A stretch of DNA of 64,000 bases from a virus. Position 1 is the stretch's first letter, and each line of letters opens with the position of its first letter. The DNA lies in the IMG/VR virus record IMGVR_UViG_3300025289_000028, positions 5,342 to 69,341 of that record; one strand, 5' to 3'. The notes under the pieces are model-generated. The model saw only the letters and a program-made list of their open reading frames with translations, was not told where the DNA came from and made no database searches. Positions 46,101 through 56,078 of the stretch are shown in pieces. A program made the position numbers and the translations under genes.

Positions 46101-48158
46101 TTAAGCAAATAATCCAAAAAATCCTTTTTTATTTTTTTGATGTGACTTTGAATACTTAGGAACATACTCTTTTCCTTCTGATTTTGCTTTTTCCATCTCA
46201 ATATTTTCCTTTTTTTCTCTTTCTTTTCTTATTTTCATGACTTCTTCGTCACTTAAATAATCATGCATTCTGGTTATGCTTCCGGCAGAAGGTGTTAAAT
46301 CACTGTTTCTGGAAGAAGATTGTATTTTGTTAATTTGTATAAACTCCAGTACTCCTTCAATTAACTCTCTTGAGGCTCTTGAGTTACGATAACCTTTTAA
46401 CTGATCAAATTCAAGGCCTCCATTTTTACGATATAAACCCAAAGTTGCTCTTTCATTTGAAATTATATGTTGTACATGGACAGCCATATAATCTCTATTA
46501 ACAATTCGATCAAGGTATGTATAAATACAATGATTCATAAGCATACCTTCTTTATTTAAGTCCTCAAGAGTTGGAATAACTGTCAATTCAACATCGCCAA
46601 CAATTGTATTTATGTTTGACAATTCCTTAGCTGCTTTTTTATAAAATTCTGCTTTTTTAGCATCTTTAATAGCTCCATATCTCGCTGCAAGGTCATCATG
46701 TATAGTTTTTAACTCGACATTACTTTTAATACGATAAATATAATTATCAGAAAGCTCCAACAGCCTCATTGAGTTAATAGTATCTGTATACAAATGCAAA
46801 TAATCAGAATTGCCACCTTTTACAACATCATCTATATTTCTATCTAAGATGTGTTTAATGTTTTTGATTGTAAAACTGGCATTATCTTGAATTCTTTGTT
46901 TTTCTAAATTTCTGTAGAATTTATAAATACGCTCAGTATCATAACTTTGAAACAAAGTTTCAATATCAGTTTTGGAAATATATTTTTTACGATATATACT
47001 AAGCAAAATTTCCATATCCTGTGGAGTGCTTATGTGTTTATAAATCAAAGGACTAACCTTTAAATAGTTAGGACTATCTTCTATGGTTTTTGATATTTTA
47101 ACGACTTTTTTAGCAACTTCCTTAGTATCATTATCTCCACTTCCTTTTAACATACCGTTAATATCGCAATTCATAGAAATTTCCAATATTTTAGTAGGAG
47201 ATGTTGCTTCAAACAATTCATAAACTTGAGAAGATAAAATGTTTTTACTGTGGATAAATTCTTTAAAAAACACTTGTCCTTTAGTAAGTAATATTGTTGA
47301 AATACTCTGGAAGTCAGATACACAAAGAAAAATTTTAGACAATTCAACATATCTGGATAAATACCCACCTATATTTAATTTTTTCTCTTCTTTTTTTCCG
47401 TCTCCAAAACCGCTATCAACTTTATTATAAGTTATTGACTCTCCGGTTATTTCATCTGTTTTTTCAAAAACATCATGATTATTATAAGCATAACTTATTT
47501 GAGGAATCAATTTCTTAATATCGTCAAGGTCAGTTACTACAACATCAATTTTGTTAAAAAAATTGAATATATTTATAAGACCACCATAAGAAGCAAAATC
47601 ATAAAATTGGAAAAAATGTTCTAATCTTCCTATTTTTGAAAGACCTACTTCTTCCGTAATGTTATTCACATCATTCTGCTTATTATTTACTGATATTTTA
47701 TCAAGTAATGGCTTTTCTAAGAAAATTTCAGTTTTGTTTTTGCTTCTATCAAATTTAATTGAATCGGTTCTGACAATATTATCATTTAATTTATCAGTAG
47801 AAGAATCGTATCTAACAAATGTTTTTTGTCTTAAAAGAGTTATTGTTTTTCCTTTTTCTTCTACTAAAAATGAAACTTTATAAATTTCATCTTCATCTGG
47901 AATAATAAGAAATAAACGATTTTTACTGTCATAAACGCTTCCGCACTTATCACATTTAATTGTTTCAATACTATGCTTGTCTTCAACAGTAGTGTCGTGT
48001 TTTTTTACAAGCAATCTTCTCGCTTTACTTTTTAGCTCTTTTTTATTACCGCAATGGCAGTACATTCTTTGACTGTCTTTTCCTTCTGAGCTTATTTTAT
48101 TTGTATCGACCATAGTTTTGCCGATATCTACCAAAAATGAATGTTGTTTCATTACCAT
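46101..48158 (-). CDS. large hypothetical protein (685 aa) with an N-terminal Zn-ribbon (CHCG...CDKCG). The C-terminal domain is shared with 15190..16176 (possibly PcfJ-like)
   Basis: Long minus-strand ORF. Confidence 0.65.
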   Translation of the reverse strand: MVMKQHSFLVDIGKTMVDTNKISSEGKDSQRMYCHCGNKKELKSKARRLLVKKHDTTVEDKHSIETIKCDKCGSVYDSKNRLFLIIPDEDEIYKVSFLVEEKGKTITLLRQKTFVRYDSSTDKLNDNIVRTDSIKFDRSKNKTEIFLEKPLLDKISVNNKQNDVNNITEEVGLSKIGRLEHFFQFYDFASYGGLINIFNFFNKIDVVVTDLDDIKKLIPQISYAYNNHDVFEKTDEITGESITYNKVDSGFGDGKKEEKKLNIGGYLSRYVELSKIFLCVSDFQSISTILLTKGQVFFKEFIHSKNILSSQVYELFEATSPTKILEISMNCDINGMLKGSGDNDTKEVAKKVVKISKTIEDSPNYLKVSPLIYKHISTPQDMEILLSIYRKKYISKTDIETLFQSYDTERIYKFYRNLEKQRIQDNASFTIKNIKHILDRNIDDVVKGGNSDYLHLYTDTINSMRLLELSDNYIYRIKSNVELKTIHDDLAARYGAIKDAKKAEFYKKAAKELSNINTIVGDVELTVIPTLEDLNKEGMLMNHCIYTYLDRIVNRDYMAVHVQHIISNERATLGLYRKNGGLEFDQLKGYRNSRASRELIEGVLEFIQINKIQSSSRNSDLTPSAGSITRMHDYLSDEEVMKIRKEREKKENIEMEKAKSEGKEYVPKYSKSHQKNKKGFFGLFA

Positions 48159-48281
48159 GTTTTAATTTTATTTTTTTGTTTGTTTTTAATCACTGCAAAT
48201 CTATAAATTTTTTTATTAATTCCAAAAAATTTTATCAAGTTTTTTATCTTTTTCTATCTATTTAGTTGTAAAACTAATGCT

Positions 48282-50690
48282 ATGACCTTATTAAACGAAA
48301 ATCTTCTTCATGAGTTGCAAAGAATGTCAAAATTAGCTGGAGTTTCACAAAACACCATTAATGAAAGCGATTCTACCATTATAAACTCAAAAAAAACAGA
48401 GCCAAAAAAACTTTTAAAAGAAGATGATGATGATATTTTTGGAGATATTGGAGATTTAATGGGTGATGAAGGAAGAGCTTTAGAAATAAAAGGGAAATCC
48501 GAAGGAGTACTGACGAAAGACATGAAAGCATCCATGGTATTGAATAATATAAATCAATATGAAGCTGCGAATTTAAAACTTTCAGGAGAATACAAACCAA
48601 AAACACTTGGTGCAAGGCCAGAAGAAGAAGGTGGTGTAGAAGGAACTGTTATCGAAAAGAAGCCTATACAAAAACTACCAGGAGCTTCAAGAGAATATGG
48701 AAGATTAGTAACTCCAATTATTAGTCCAGCTGAAATTAGTCGTCTTAAAAAAGCTGGAATGAGCCAAGAAGAAATTGATGCAATTATAGAAAAAGATAAA
48801 AAAACAAAAAGAAGCGCCGTTACATTTGGACAAGAAGGTGGTAATGTACAATCAGCAAAATGGCAACCAAAAATAAAAGATAAAAACATAATTAGCTATC
48901 ATACATTTGAAGAAAATGGCAAAAAATTAGTTGGGATTTCAGATTTAGGAAAACAACAACTTGAATTTTTACAAAGAATGTTATCAGGTAGGCCATTACC
49001 AGCAAATGGTGATGAAAATATTGATATAGAAGAGATTTTATTAGGTAACTGGCCATATAAAAATTTAGTAATAGCTAATGCTGAACATATTATTAGAGAT
49101 TTTTATGGAAAAGCTGTAATACCAATACTTGCACAAACACTTAAAAGGAAAAAAAATCCAAAGGATAGTCAATTCATTGTATTTGCAGAAAATGGTATAA
49201 ACCATGCTATAGACCAAACAAAAGAAAAACAATATTCTCAGGAAAAATATAATAATTATGGAGCTTGGTTTATTCAAGTTGTTAAACATAAAGTAATTGA
49301 CCAATTAAGAAGCATAAGTGACTACGTATTGGATAGAACAGAGGTTGAACGAAGACTTGTTGCAGAAACTGCTCCTCTTGTTGTTGATTCTAAATTAAAT
49401 CCTGAAAAAGCTATTGAAGGAAATTATGAAGTTACAATTAGTCCATTCACATTTAAAGTTAAAACTAAAGATGGTGAAATAGTAAAAAAACCCTTTTTCA
49501 GATATACATTTAAGGATGCAATGGATGCTATAGGGCTTTTTGGAGCAAAAGAAGAAGATGGAAAAATTTCTCCTCTAAGTGCTAGATTTCTGAAAAATCC
49601 AAATGAATTTTATAAAAGCGTTTCAAAGGACAAGCCGGAGGATTTAACTAAAGCAATATACGAACCAGGAGAAGGCTCCATAGCTGAAAAAGCCATGTAT
49701 GAAGGAGTTCCTGTTAGCGAAGCAATGCGTTTAGCAAAAACTGAAATTGATAACATTCTTGATGAAATTTCTATTGAAATGTTAAGTACTGATTTAAAAA
49801 TTGGAGAGAAAGTTAGATTAGAAAGGGTTAATGAATTATTAGACCCGGAGAAAACAAAAAGTCCAGAAATATTTCAAAATCTTAATTCGAAAAAAGAATA
49901 CACAGTAACAAAAAAAGAAGCAACAGGCAAAAACGATAAAAACGGGAATACGGTTTATATATACACTATACTTGATGATGCTGGAAAAGAAATAAATCTT
50001 TCTAATAGATATGTTAAATCAACTTCAAAAACATCGGCACTACCACAAGAATTAGGTACGAAATACAAAGATGCTTTAATCGAAGCACTAAGACTTATGT
50101 TGCAATATGGTAGAATGGTTCCAAAATACACAAGAACAGTTTATTTTAGAAATGTAGATGGTACACCAAAAATAGTAAACGCTTATAATCCTTATACTCA
50201 CAAAGGTGGAAAAGTAGAAAAAGAAAATGGGAAAATTGCTCTCCCATACAAGGATAGTGGACTTATAAATAAGTATCAAAAAATAAGAGAGGTACCGTTT
50301 AGTTATGTATGGGATACAGGTGGGAAATTAGTTGGAAATACAGAAAAAATTATTGATCAACTTTCTAAAGTTGCTTTTGCAAAAAATATAGAATTGCCTC
50401 AAAATTTATTTAATCCAGAAACAAAACAAGCTCTATATAAAACAGCAGAGTCTGCAGAAGAAAAAAAATCATTAACAGACAAAACATTAGAATTTATAAA
50501 TTCTTTAAGATTGGGATTAAGAAAGTTTTTCGGATTTGAAGGGTTAGAGAATCCAGCAATAAAGAAAGATAGAGATTTATTAAATGATTTACTTAAAAAT
50601 TATGAAATGTCATCACAATTATCAGAAAATCATATAAGAAAAGTTGTAAGAGAGCTTATGGTAGAAAGATTTAAAAAAACAAATAAATAA
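48282..50690 (+). CDS. large hypothetical protein (802 aa) with an acidic N-terminal region (DDDDIFGDIGDLMGDEG)
   Basis: Long ORF. Its C-terminal ~80-aa module is shared with the next gene. Confidence 0.65.
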   Translation: MTLLNENLLHELQRMSKLAGVSQNTINESDSTIINSKKTEPKKLLKEDDDDIFGDIGDLMGDEGRALEIKGKSEGVLTKDMKASMVLNNINQYEAANLKLSGEYKPKTLGARPEEEGGVEGTVIEKKPIQKLPGASREYGRLVTPIISPAEISRLKKAGMSQEEIDAIIEKDKKTKRSAVTFGQEGGNVQSAKWQPKIKDKNIISYHTFEENGKKLVGISDLGKQQLEFLQRMLSGRPLPANGDENIDIEEILLGNWPYKNLVIANAEHIIRDFYGKAVIPILAQTLKRKKNPKDSQFIVFAENGINHAIDQTKEKQYSQEKYNNYGAWFIQVVKHKVIDQLRSISDYVLDRTEVERRLVAETAPLVVDSKLNPEKAIEGNYEVTISPFTFKVKTKDGEIVKKPFFRYTFKDAMDAIGLFGAKEEDGKISPLSARFLKNPNEFYKSVSKDKPEDLTKAIYEPGEGSIAEKAMYEGVPVSEAMRLAKTEIDNILDEISIEMLSTDLKIGEKVRLERVNELLDPEKTKSPEIFQNLNSKKEYTVTKKEATGKNDKNGNTVYIYTILDDAGKEINLSNRYVKSTSKTSALPQELGTKYKDALIEALRLMLQYGRMVPKYTRTVYFRNVDGTPKIVNAYNPYTHKGGKVEKENGKIALPYKDSGLINKYQKIREVPFSYVWDTGGKLVGNTEKIIDQLSKVAFAKNIELPQNLFNPETKQALYKTAESAEEKKSLTDKTLEFINSLRLGLRKFFGFEGLENPAIKKDRDLLNDLLKNYEMSSQLSENHIRKVVRELMVERFKKTNK

Positions 50691-50691
50691 A

Positions 50692-52389
50692 ATGGAAAAC
50701 AAAAAATTAACATTTGAAAGTTTAAAAAAGTTCATCATAAGTAGAACTTTTAAAATCTTGAAAGAAGAAGAAATTGCTAATGATGAAGAATTTGATGACA
50801 GTTCTGAATTAGACAGCAAAGAAGACGTTGGCCAAGTAGATACGATGAACCCAGAAGAGTCTAATTTGGATTTGGATTTCTCTAATATAAGTGCAAAAAT
50901 TAATGAATTATCAAAAAATTTTAGTGAAGATGAATTAGTTGATTTATATGAATTAATAGAAAAAGCAAAAACAACTGGAAGACTTGGAAATAATTTCAAT
51001 TATAACAAAATGTCTGAAGGACATAAGATTAAACAGTTTAATTTCATTACAACAGTATTAGCTTCATTATATAAAGATGATAGCACTCTTGAAAATGAAA
51101 AGAAAAATATTAGAGATGTATTATTTATAGCAATGGTTCAACCAGATGAATTTACTTCTTTTGAAAAAGGTAGTGGAGGAAATAGACCTTCATTAATTTC
51201 AAGAATTGTTGCTAAAAATGCTGGTATTTATAATTTTGTTGAAAAAACCGGCAGAAAGACAATTGATGGTGAGAATTTACGAGCAATAGTTTCAAGTGCT
51301 ATTGAAGATGCTTTTGATTATTCTTTAGAAAACTTTAATCCAAGTAGAGGAGGACAACTTCCTTCTAATATAATATTTAATGCTACTTCAAGAGCGAAAT
51401 CACAAGTTCAATCTAAGTATGCAAAAACAGCATTAGGTCAATCAAGTGGAGGATTAAAAGGAAGCTCATTAGATGAGCCACTTGGAGATTCAGATGAAGA
51501 TGTTGACCAAACAAAAAGTGATAGAATCACTGGAGAAGAAGGACAAAAAAGCACTTCTCAAAAAGAAGCTGCAAAAGAATTATCAGATGTAATGCAAAAT
51601 TTTATTATAAGTCGTTTACAATCAAATATAAAACACGGTGGTATAAATCCTTCATTTTTAGAAGTAGCAAAATTATTATTTCAAGGACATATTTTATCTG
51701 AAATATCTGATATTTTAGGAAAACCAGCCGGAACAGTGAGACAAATAAAAAAAAGAATGGAAGAAGTTATAACATTTTACGTTCAAAATGGCTCTTTTCA
51801 AAAATACATTAAAGACAAAACAGGAATAAAAGTAAATTTCACCAATAATAAATACGCTTTTTCAGTACAAGGAGTTGGAGAAGAAGGAGAAAAAGAAAAT
51901 CCTTTAGAATATTTTAAGCAAACAGGAATTGACATAGCAACAGGAGATCCAAAAGGGGAATGGGTTCCATTAGAAACAGAGAAAGAAGAAGGAGTTGATT
52001 CGGATACATTAGGAGATATTGCATTTCCAAAAAGAATACAAGTTGGAGAAAAAGTTAAAATATCCAATCTTCCTGTACTCATGAAAATAAATCCAGAAGA
52101 ATATAAAAATCTTTCAAGCAAAAAAGAATATACAATACAAAGAATAGAGCCGAAAGAATTTTTTGAACCTCAAGGATTAGATAATTTTATTATAATTGAT
52201 AATGCCGGCAAAGAAGTATCAATACCTTCTGATAAATATCTTTTCAAAGTAGAACCAGAAGAAAAAGAAGAAGAACCTGAAAATATAGAAGATTTAGGTC
52301 CGGATGACCAATCACTTACTGAATCTTTTATTGTAAATGAAATAATGAAACGTGTTAACATACGAATATTAAAAGAATTAAAAAAATGA
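50692..52389 (+). CDS. large hypothetical protein (565 aa) with a sigma-70 region-4-like HTH
   Basis: 'FLEVAKLLFQGHILSEISDILGKPAGTVRQIKKRMEEV' resembles sigma-70 region 4. A C-terminal module 'VGEKVKIS...SSKKEYTIQRIEP...FIIIDNAGKEVSIPSDKY' is paralogous to 'IGEKVRLE...NSKKEYTVTKKEA...YIYTILDDAGKEINLSNRY' in the 802-aa protein. Confidence 0.6.
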   Translation: MENKKLTFESLKKFIISRTFKILKEEEIANDEEFDDSSELDSKEDVGQVDTMNPEESNLDLDFSNISAKINELSKNFSEDELVDLYELIEKAKTTGRLGNNFNYNKMSEGHKIKQFNFITTVLASLYKDDSTLENEKKNIRDVLFIAMVQPDEFTSFEKGSGGNRPSLISRIVAKNAGIYNFVEKTGRKTIDGENLRAIVSSAIEDAFDYSLENFNPSRGGQLPSNIIFNATSRAKSQVQSKYAKTALGQSSGGLKGSSLDEPLGDSDEDVDQTKSDRITGEEGQKSTSQKEAAKELSDVMQNFIISRLQSNIKHGGINPSFLEVAKLLFQGHILSEISDILGKPAGTVRQIKKRMEEVITFYVQNGSFQKYIKDKTGIKVNFTNNKYAFSVQGVGEEGEKENPLEYFKQTGIDIATGDPKGEWVPLETEKEEGVDSDTLGDIAFPKRIQVGEKVKISNLPVLMKINPEEYKNLSSKKEYTIQRIEPKEFFEPQGLDNFIIIDNAGKEVSIPSDKYLFKVEPEEKEEEPENIEDLGPDDQSLTESFIVNEIMKRVNIRILKELKK

Positions 52390-52829
52390 TTAACGAAAAT
52401 AAAATAAGAAAGGCCATAAGAAAACATTTGTTTGAATGTGGTATAATGGATGAAATGATGATTGACGAAGAAAGACTTACTAATGAGGATGGGTTAGAAA
52501 AAGTTCGCAATAAAGAGAATTTTATAGGTAGCCATTGCTGGGGTGAATCTTTTCCAGACAAAAGCTACATCACAGTAAGTTATGGCCAACAGTTCCCTTT
52601 ATTTTTATATGACTCAAAAGAAAAAATTTGGTATGAAAATAATGAGGAATATACCTTTGACGGCGAAATTATGGAATCAACAGAACAACACAGAGCATTA
52701 TTAAAACCAACAGAAAACACTCATTTAAAATCCTTAGAATGGATGTTAAATAAATTAGAATTTATTAAAAAGAGAAATAATATAATAACTCTTTCGCATT
52801 TAAGCGTAGAACCAGGAACTAAAAACTAA
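52386..52829 (+). CDS. hypothetical protein (147 aa)
   Basis: ATGA overlap with the upstream gene. Confidence 0.5.
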   Translation: MINENKIRKAIRKHLFECGIMDEMMIDEERLTNEDGLEKVRNKENFIGSHCWGESFPDKSYITVSYGQQFPLFLYDSKEKIWYENNEEYTFDGEIMESTEQHRALLKPTENTHLKSLEWMLNKLEFIKKRNNIITLSHLSVEPGTKN

Positions 52830-52832
52830 ACA

Positions 52833-53987
52833 TTACTCAATACAGTTGAATTCTTTCTCTAAAATTTCATTTATATTTTTCAAATTTAAATATGAAATTC
52901 TAATAAGTTTTATATTGTTATTTAAACAATATTTATTTTTTATGTTATCAGTTCTTTGTATATCCAAAAAATTTTTTTCTCCTCCAAATTTTTTGACTGA
53001 TTCAAAATGCTGTCTCCCATCAAATTCTATACAAGTATTGTATTTTGGTAAATAAAAATCAAATGGTAATTTATTTGATATTCCTATGCAATCATTAAAT
53101 TTATGTTGATGTATAAATTCGATGTTATTCTTTTTTAAAAATTCAATTATACCTTTTTCTCCCTTTGATATTTTTGAAAAATTACATTTTTTACATCCAT
53201 ATCCATTCAAATGTGAGCTTGGAGTTATTTGAAAATCTCCATGTAATGGACAAATTACTATTACCTTAGTTTTGTTTTGAACGTAGTTAACTTTTGAATA
53301 ATCGTATTTTGGTTCACATGTTTTTTCATTTATGTGTATAATTTTCGATTTTTCAATAAAATATTCAGAAGTATTAGCTCTTTTTAAGGAACTTTCTTCA
53401 AATCCGCAAAAAGGACATTGGTGTCCAGCTAAATGTTTATCTGGTGATTGCTCAAAAACACCATGTTTCTTACAAATTATCTTAACTTTAATTATAGAAT
53501 TAACATATTCAACTAACTCATAATTATATGTATATCCATAAATAATTATAGATTTTTCAATAAACTCTATCGTGTTTCTTAATGCGGTTCCGCCACACTT
53601 ACCACATCCATGCCCACCCAAATGACTTGCTGGAATTTGTTCAAAAACTCCATGATTATTACATATTATTTTAACTTTTGTATTATTGTTAAAATATTCT
53701 ACTAATGAATAATCATATATATTACTATGAACTTTGTTAGACTTTTCAATAAATTCTTCGGTTGTTAATTTTTTGAGTCCAGAACATTCAACACATCCAC
53801 AACCAGATAAATGATCATTTGGCGTTTGCTCAAAAACACCATGTTCTTTACAAATTATTTTAATCTTAGTTTTGCTATTTTTATATTCAACTAAACTGTA
53901 ATCATATTTTGATTCATTAGTTATTCTGTTTACATGTATAATTTTAGCTCTTTCAATAAACTCTTCTGTTGTTAATTTTTTTGACAT
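52833..53987 (-). CDS. Homing-endonuclease-like protein with tandem Zn-ribbon modules and a C-terminal Vsr-like PD-(D/E)xK domain (paralog of 37158..38285)
   Basis: Same repeat architecture. C-terminal 'LPFDFYLPKYNTCIEFDGRQHF...FGGEKNF...YCLNNNIKLIRI'. Confidence 0.65.
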   Translation of the reverse strand: MSKKLTTEEFIERAKIIHVNRITNESKYDYSLVEYKNSKTKIKIICKEHGVFEQTPNDHLSGCGCVECSGLKKLTTEEFIEKSNKVHSNIYDYSLVEYFNNNTKVKIICNNHGVFEQIPASHLGGHGCGKCGGTALRNTIEFIEKSIIIYGYTYNYELVEYVNSIIKVKIICKKHGVFEQSPDKHLAGHQCPFCGFEESSLKRANTSEYFIEKSKIIHINEKTCEPKYDYSKVNYVQNKTKVIVICPLHGDFQITPSSHLNGYGCKKCNFSKISKGEKGIIEFLKKNNIEFIHQHKFNDCIGISNKLPFDFYLPKYNTCIEFDGRQHFESVKKFGGEKNFLDIQRTDNIKNKYCLNNNIKLIRISYLNLKNINEILEKEFNCIE

Positions 53988-53988
53988 C

Positions 53989-54147
53989 TTAAATCTTCCC
54001 TTCTAAATCCATTTCCATAAGCTCTCGTATTCTCTTTGACATGTCAATGTCATTATTAATACAATGTTTTTTATAGTTTTTTCTTAATTCTTTTGAAACC
54101 ATGAAGTTTAATCTTACTTCATTTTGTTCTTCTTTTTTCTCTTTCAT
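53989..54147 (-). CDS. ribbon-helix-helix small protein, 52 aa (not in ORF track), immediately upstream of the endonuclease gene
   Basis: MKEKKEEQNEVRLNFMVSKELRKNYKKHCINNDIDMSKRIRELMEMDLEGKI*. Its stop lies 1 nt before the endonuclease ATG. Confidence 0.55.
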   Translation of the reverse strand: MKEKKEEQNEVRLNFMVSKELRKNYKKHCINNDIDMSKRIRELMEMDLEGKI

Positions 54148-54216
54148 ATCTGTAAGTTTTTAAGTAAATATATAAGAAAAAATAAAAAACGCAATATTTA
54201 TTATAAATTAACCACC

Positions 54217-54477
54217 ATGGCAATCGATTTAGAAAAACTTAACGTACCTTTAAAAACAGTTGTTATGGTAGTTATTTATATATCTTCATTGGTGGGAATA
54301 TACTATACAATGAAATTCAAAGTAGATGATAATCAAGCTAAGGTTATAGAACTTGAAAATAAGTTAAGTAAATACAATCCGGAAGTTATGGATTATCGTT
54401 TAAATGAATTAACGAAGGAGGTTTCTAAGTTAAATGAAAAAGCCGATAAAATATACGACATAATAACTGCTAAATAA
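54217..54477 (+). CDS. small membrane protein: N-terminal TM helix plus coiled-coil (i-spanin-like topology)
   Basis: Start at ATG 54217 (MAIDLEKL). 'TVVMVVIYISSLVGIYY' is the TM helix, followed by a coiled-coil. Confidence 0.4.
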   Translation: MAIDLEKLNVPLKTVVMVVIYISSLVGIYYTMKFKVDDNQAKVIELENKLSKYNPEVMDYRLNELTKEVSKLNEKADKIYDIITAK

Positions 54478-54839
54478 TGTTGCATAAAATTAAATACCTT
54501 TTTTACTTATCTATTTTATTTATTATTTTTTCATGCGCTCAACAAAGCGATAGAAAATGTGGTCAAAAATTTCAATCAGACTCAATTCATTCTTTTGAAA
54601 TGGTAGACTCAGCTTTGTTATCAATTTTAGATTCAATAAAAATAGATTCTGTTAAAATATTTAAAATTAGCTTTTCAGATACTACAGATTATTCGAAGCT
54701 TAAAGAAAATTACAAACGTGCTTCAAAAAATAAAATTAGAACATTAAAAATGAACAAACTTACAGATACAATGAATTTAATAAATTCAAAATTTGATAAG
54801 ATAAACGAGTGCTTAAAAAAACGTAAAGCATCAGAATGA
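54477..54839 (+). CDS. putative lipoprotein (o-spanin-like?)
   Basis: Signal peptide with lipobox-like 'LFIIFSCAQ'. TAATG overlap with the upstream gene. Confidence 0.35.
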   Translation: MLHKIKYLFYLSILFIIFSCAQQSDRKCGQKFQSDSIHSFEMVDSALLSILDSIKIDSVKIFKISFSDTTDYSKLKENYKRASKNKIRTLKMNKLTDTMNLINSKFDKINECLKKRKASE

Positions 54840-54853
54840 CATTTTCAATAATT

Positions 54854-55081
54854 TTACTTATATTTCTCAATTAAAACTACTCTTTCAAATGTGTTTAAAC
54901 AAATAGGACATCGTTTACAAAATGTTACATTTCCAGAAACACCATAATCAACACTTTCAATTGTGGAAACTTTTAAAACATTTGGATGTTTCCTACAATA
55001 AGGCTCGGAATGAAATTCTTTAAAAAACGATGCAAACATTGAATTATGTTCCTTTTTTAATTGTTCTAATAATTCAGACAT
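54854..55081 (-). CDS. small Zn-ribbon protein (75 aa); C-terminal ...FERVVLIEKYK*
   Basis: CRKH...CKRCPICLN cluster. Confidence 0.5.
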   Translation of the reverse strand: MSELLEQLKKEHNSMFASFFKEFHSEPYCRKHPNVLKVSTIESVDYGVSGNVTFCKRCPICLNTFERVVLIEKYK

Positions 55082-55863
55082 TAGATAGTCCTCCTTTTGC
55101 TCATTTCATAAAATTTCTCATCATTTTCAATCATTATCCAATTCCTTTTTAGCTCTTTGCTTGCTAAACCGGTTGTGCCACTGCCGGAACAATTGTCCAA
55201 AACTAAATCACCTTCATTGGTATATGTCTTAATGAAATACTTACACAACTCCAATGGTTTTTGGGTATCATGAATAAATTCTGTGTTTTTATTTTTTTGT
55301 TTATCAGAAGAAAATTTCAATACACTTCTTGGATATCTGTCGGTGTTTCCTCCACCAACAATTTCTTTATTTCCTTTACCATAAACTCTTGTCTTGTTTC
55401 CAATATCAATTTTCTTGGTAAATGAATTTACAGGTTTATGCCCGGTTGTTTTTTGTGGATTATATGTAGGAAGATTCTTATAGTATATCAAAATGTTTTC
55501 ATGCGATTTCATACACATCTTCTTTGCATTATAATGCCCAGTTGCATGTGTTTTTTCCCAAATCCATTCATATCTCAATAAAGGCAGGTTGCTGGCACCA
55601 AGAACTTTATCAAATGGTGTCTGAGCAAATAAAGCAATACAACCATTATCTTTAATAATACGTTCATATTGTTCCCATAATTTAGGAATGTCAATTATGG
55701 AATCCCATGGACATTGAGTAGTTTCTCAACCGAAGGGAAGGTCTGCAAAAATAAAATCTATGGATTTGTCCTGAATTAATTTCATAACCTCAAGGCAGTC
55801 TCCAAATAGAGTTTGATTAACAGATAACTTCCCTTCGGAATTATATTTTACATCTTCTATCAT
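55081..55863 (-). pseudogene. beta-class DNA methyltransferase (paralog of 1722..2525) interrupted by a single in-frame TGA at 55726..55728
   Basis: Minus-strand frame from ATG 55863 reads MIEDVKYNSEGK...IDFIFADLPFG*ETTQCPWD...DNCSGSGTTG.... It is open except for one TGA at codon 46. Motif IV is atypical (DLPF). ATGA coupling with the upstream gene. Confidence 0.6.
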
Positions 55864-56078
55864 TTTATTTCTTTCAATATCAAATGGTCAGTCCCTTCAA
55901 AACAAGCAACACCAGATTCAAATCTTGATGTGGATATTTTCTTTGTTCGGTTGGAATAAAACTTCCAATCGCACTTACTAAATTTTAAAACATGACAACC
56001 ATTTTCAGTTTTAACAAACTGAGCTACCAGCTTTTTACCATCTGGAACTTCGAATAGATAGGATTTACCTTTTTTCAT
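55860..56078 (-). CDS. hypothetical protein (72 aa)
   Basis: Minus-strand ORF. Confidence 0.45.
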   Translation of the reverse strand: MKKGKSYLFEVPDGKKLVAQFVKTENGCHVLKFSKCDWKFYSNRTKKISTSRFESGVACFEGTDHLILKEIK

